A stretch of 64,000 nucleotides of DNA from Candidatus Portnoybacteria bacterium. GTDB taxonomy: Bacteria; Patescibacteriota; Minisyncoccia; Portnoybacterales; GWB1-42-6. Every line of letters starts with the position of its first letter. The stretch's first letter is position 1. Positions 59,538-64,000 of this stretch are shown here, piece by piece. Made by a program: the position numbers and the translations under genes. The notes below the pieces were generated by a model. The model saw nothing but the letters and a program-made list of their open reading frames with translations. It was not told the origin of the DNA and ran no database searches. The stretch is from contig JAQTYI010000001.1 in NCBI GenBank assembly GCA_028688325.1, positions 31,088-95,087 of the forward strand. The letters are read 5' to 3'.

Positions 59538-59611
59538 TAGCTGCGAGTGGACTCGAACCACTGACCTGGCGCTTATGAAGCGCCCGCTCTAACCGACTGA
59601 GCTACGCAGCC
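59538..59611 (-). tRNA. tRNA with CAT anticodon (elongator Met or Ile2)
   Basis: GGCTGCGTAGCTCAGTCGGTTAGAGC, loop TTCATAA, GGTTCGAGTCC. Confidence 0.93.
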
Positions 59612-59805
59612 CAACTACGCTCCGATTTTCATCGGAGCTTCGATGGGCAAGTGATGTAATAAATAAACTTCTTGCCCTTCCGAAGCTCAAATGCAATTTG
59701 GGCGAAGGAGGGAGCTACGCAGCCATGCACCCTCTCTATAAAAAATAATAACGCCTGAACTAAATTCTGTCACCATTTAATTTACGGCGCTAATATTTTA
59801 ATATG

Positions 59806-59876
59806 TTGCGGGGCCCGGAATTGCACCGGGGTCTGGGGCTTATGAGACCCCCGAGATACTTCTTCTCTACCCCGCG
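59806..59876 (-). tRNA. Initiator tRNA-fMet(CAT), atypical
   Basis: CGCGGGG...CCCCGCA-A with a C1:A72 mismatch; loop CTCATAA. Confidence 0.88.
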
Positions 59877-60020
59877 ATAAGTTGACCTTGACAGTATAAC
59901 TAAAAATATTGAATTTAGCAAGCTGAATTAAATAAAAATAACCTGCAAAATAATGAGGTTATCTTTATTTAAGCACTTTTAAGCTATAGCTTAAAAGTGC
60001 TTAAATGCGCTTATTCGCCC

Positions 60021-60545
60021 TTACGACAAATACTCCAATTCCCTCAATGCCGCTTCAAAATCGGCGATTGTTTTTTCCGCTTCTTCCTGCGATAAATGGA
60101 AATTGGGCTGATGCACTATCATATCGCGGGTCCTGTGCCCTTCCCAAACTTTATCCACGCTCCCAACTTCTTGAACCTCTATTTGTTTCAATCGCTCTTC
60201 AAAAGTGGCGCCGGGCAGACCCATGCGCTTTAAAATTTCGTCCATTAAATTGTCGGCCTCAATGACCGCCAGTTTCAAGTTCGCCTCGTCCCCTTTTTGC
60301 AAGCGCGCTTTCACTTGCTCCCAGCGCTGATTGGGATTCAGCCCGTAAGCAAAATTTTTAGCCAAAGCGCCCTCCCTTATCCACCAGCCCGCGTCCGATC
60401 GTTTCAGCAAAACCACTATCATCCATAAAAGCAATACGGAAACCAGCCAGCTGGTAATTTGCAATATCAAAACTATCGCGCTGATATTGGCAGAGCCGAA
60501 ATAATTGACTATCAGGTCATAGAGATCCAGAAAATATGTGATCAT
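60021..60545 (-). CDS. Hypothetical membrane-anchored protein
   Basis: TM segment, then KLAVIEADNL...PGATFEERLK...WEGHRTRDMIVH. Confidence 0.8.
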   Translation of the reverse strand: MITYFLDLYDLIVNYFGSANISAIVLILQITSWLVSVLLLWMIVVLLKRSDAGWWIREGALAKNFAYGLNPNQRWEQVKARLQKGDEANLKLAVIEADNLMDEILKRMGLPGATFEERLKQIEVQEVGSVDKVWEGHRTRDMIVHQPNFHLSQEEAEKTIADFEAALRELEYLS

Positions 60546-60655
60546 ACTTACAATTATTATATAAAATTTCTACTTTATTTGCTACTCGCCCCATCTTGTC
60601 ATCCCGGCTCAAGGCCGGGATGACAAAAAAAGAAAAAATAGATGCTATTCGCAGA

Positions 60656-62104
60656 TTAGAATCGCATTGCGTCTTCAATGGTTTGAGCAACCCGAAAAAT
60701 CAAGTCCTCCGAAAAATGCGGGCCGATTATTTGCAGACCGACGGGTAATTTTCCGATCTTGCCGCAAGGCATTGATAGGGCCGGCACACCGGCCAAATTC
60801 ACCGGCACGGTGTAGATATCGGATAGATACATCGTCACGGGGTCGTTGATCTTCTCGCCTATTTTAAAAGCGGTCGTTGGCGCCACCGGCGTCATTATCA
60901 AGTCAACTCCGGCAAACGCCTTTTTAAAGTCATCGGCGATCCTGGTGCGCACTTTTTGCGCGCGCAGATAATAAGCGTCGTAGTAACCGGAAGACAAAGA
61001 ATAAGTTCCCAGCATAATGCGCCGGCGCGCCTCCGCACCCAAATACTGGCCGCGACTTTGCAAATAGACATCCAGTAAGCCGCTAAGCGCTGATTGCTTA
61101 TCGCTAATCGCGGATGTGCCGTATTTTATCCCGTCAAAACGCGCGAGATTCGCCGAGACCTCCGAAGCCATAATAATATAATAACAGGCCAAGGCATACT
61201 CGGAATAAGGCAAACTTATTTCCACGATTTTAGCCCCAAGCGCGGTCAATTTGCCGATGGCGGCGCTTACCAGTTTTTCCACCTCCTTATTAAGGCCTTT
61301 GGCAAAATATTCTTTGGGGATCCCAATTTTCAAATTATTAACCCCCTTTAATCCCCCCTTTAAAAGGGGGGCTGGGGGGTTAGCGCTGGTCGCGTCGCGC
61401 GTATCTTTTCCTTTTATAGCGTCAAACACCATCTTGCAATCGGCCACATTCTTGGCTAACGGCCCTATCTGATCCAAAGAAGAAGCCATCGCCATAACGC
61501 CATAGCGCGACACCGCGCCGTAAGTCGGTTTAAATCCGACAACTCCGCAAAAAGAAGCGGGCTGGCGGATGGAACCGCCGGTGTCCGAGCCCAAAGAAAA
61601 AACGCATTCATCCGCCGCCACGGCCGCGGCCGAACCGCCCGAAGAGCCGCCGGGCACCCGCTCTAAGTCGTTGGGATTTTTAGTCGCCCCGTATGCCGAG
61701 TTCTCCGTGGAAGAGCCCATGGCGAATTCATCCATATTGGTCTTGCCTAAAAATATCACGCCCGCCGATTTTAATTTCCTGATGACCGTGGCGTCGTAGG
61801 GCGCCACATAATTGGCCAATATTTTGGAAGCTGCGATGCATTTTTCTCCTTCAACCAAAATATTATCTTTGATGGCGCAGGGCACGCCTTCAAGCGGCCC
61901 GATTTTCAAACCGGCGGCAATTTTTTCATCGACTTTTTCGGCTTGTTCAAGCGCCAGCTTTTCCGTCGTCGACAAATAAGCATGGACTTTGGCGTCCTCT
62001 TTTTTTATATATGACAAAAACCCCTTCACCAATGCCTTGGCGGTGAATTCCTTATTTTTAAGCCCATTGTGGACTTGGGAGATTGTCAGATTTTTTAATT
62101 CCAT
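60656..62104 (-). CDS. gatA: Asp/Glu-tRNA amidotransferase subunit A
   Basis: GKTNMDEFAMGSS, PGGSSGGS, GSDTGGSIRQP. Confidence 0.97.
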   Translation of the reverse strand: MELKNLTISQVHNGLKNKEFTAKALVKGFLSYIKKEDAKVHAYLSTTEKLALEQAEKVDEKIAAGLKIGPLEGVPCAIKDNILVEGEKCIAASKILANYVAPYDATVIRKLKSAGVIFLGKTNMDEFAMGSSTENSAYGATKNPNDLERVPGGSSGGSAAAVAADECVFSLGSDTGGSIRQPASFCGVVGFKPTYGAVSRYGVMAMASSLDQIGPLAKNVADCKMVFDAIKGKDTRDATSANPPAPLLKGGLKGVNNLKIGIPKEYFAKGLNKEVEKLVSAAIGKLTALGAKIVEISLPYSEYALACYYIIMASEVSANLARFDGIKYGTSAISDKQSALSGLLDVYLQSRGQYLGAEARRRIMLGTYSLSSGYYDAYYLRAQKVRTRIADDFKKAFAGVDLIMTPVAPTTAFKIGEKINDPVTMYLSDIYTVPVNLAGVPALSMPCGKIGKLPVGLQIIGPHFSEDLIFRVAQTIEDAMRF

Positions 62105-62122
62105 GGAGTTCAAGTTTGCAAA

Positions 62123-62325
62123 CCGCCCATACGAAAAATTTTGTTATAAATTCGCGATGAGCCGAGCGTCTAAAATCGCCGGCGGGACGAGAAAGCGAAA
62201 CGAGTTGTTCGCGGTGATTTTAGCGAGGCGAATTCGAATTTGTCAAAATTTTATCGTCAGGCGGCGGTTTTTCCGCCGCTTTGGCGTTTACCCCGTTCTA
62301 CGGGGCCGGCAAAAAAGCGGCAAAA
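62123..62325 (+). repeat. Long-hairpin repeat, divergent copy 5
   Basis: CCGCCCATACGAAAAA...GATGAGCCGAGCGTCTAAAATCGCC...GGTGATTTTAGCGAGGCGAAT. Confidence 0.6.
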
Positions 62326-62329
62326 GATT

Positions 62330-62611
62330 CTAATCAAAGACAGCTTTAACTTTTATATAATTATCTTTCGCCTCCGGCGCGTTGGCCAAAAGTTTTTTCC
62401 GGCTTTCTTCCTGCCGCTTGATTCCTTCGTCGCGGCGCATCACACTATTTAAGCCCGTCGCCTGCAAAGTCGGCTCAACGCCTTCGACATCAACTTCCTT
62501 TAATTTATCGATAAAATCCAAAATCGCCGTCAAATCTTTGGCGAATTTTTTTTCGTCTTCCCGACTCAATCCTAAGCGGGCTAATTTGGCGATATGGGCT
62601 ACATCAAACAT
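62330..62611 (-). CDS. gatC: Asp/Glu-tRNA amidotransferase subunit C
   Basis: VAHIAKLARL, VDVEGVEP, MRRDE, NAP; upstream of gatA. Confidence 0.95.
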   Translation of the reverse strand: MFDVAHIAKLARLGLSREDEKKFAKDLTAILDFIDKLKEVDVEGVEPTLQATGLNSVMRRDEGIKRQEESRKKLLANAPEAKDNYIKVKAVFD

Positions 62612-62695
62612 ATAAACCCGACACTAATCCACGAATTGGCACGAATGACACTAATTGATTCGTGCCATTCGTGTGTCATTTGTGTATTGGTGTCG

Positions 62696-64000
<1,305 letters not shown>

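Noticed and set aside
59437-59876. Prophage or genomic island at the tRNA cluster
   Set aside because: No integrase or phage genes; the only duplication is 13 bp of a tRNA 5' end around a 100-bp palindrome.

Overview
64-kb chromosomal segment, most likely from a Patescibacteria/CPR (Parcubacteria-like) bacterium (inferred from gene content and gene order; standard genetic code 11). Most of it is housekeeping: ribosomal proteins, tRNA modification, GatABC, ThrS, DnaE, GyrB, LigA, a pentose-phosphate/glycolysis operon, a thymidylate cluster, RNase P RNA, three tRNAs and a T-box. Several families of palindromic mini-elements are scattered through it, some inserted in-frame in genes. The standout is a minus-strand operon at 1-3052: sigma70 promoter -> a lone 195-aa RAMP/Cas7-like gene (2354-2941) -> six non-identical ~85-90-nt units (1635-2352) -> a DinG/XPD-family Fe-S helicase (start 1538, runs off the window, missing from the ORF track). 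Each unit is 11-12 in-phase pentamers with two constrained positions (transcript consensus N-G-Y-N-N) followed by a GGGGY-initiated hairpin. No cas1/cas2/cas5/cas6 and no identical CRISPR repeats are visible in the window. This looks like a non-canonical, VIPR-like RNA-guided system with a helicase partner, and the variable dinucleotides read like codon positions 1-2 of protein-coding targets. All calls come from reading motifs by eye; no database searches were run.
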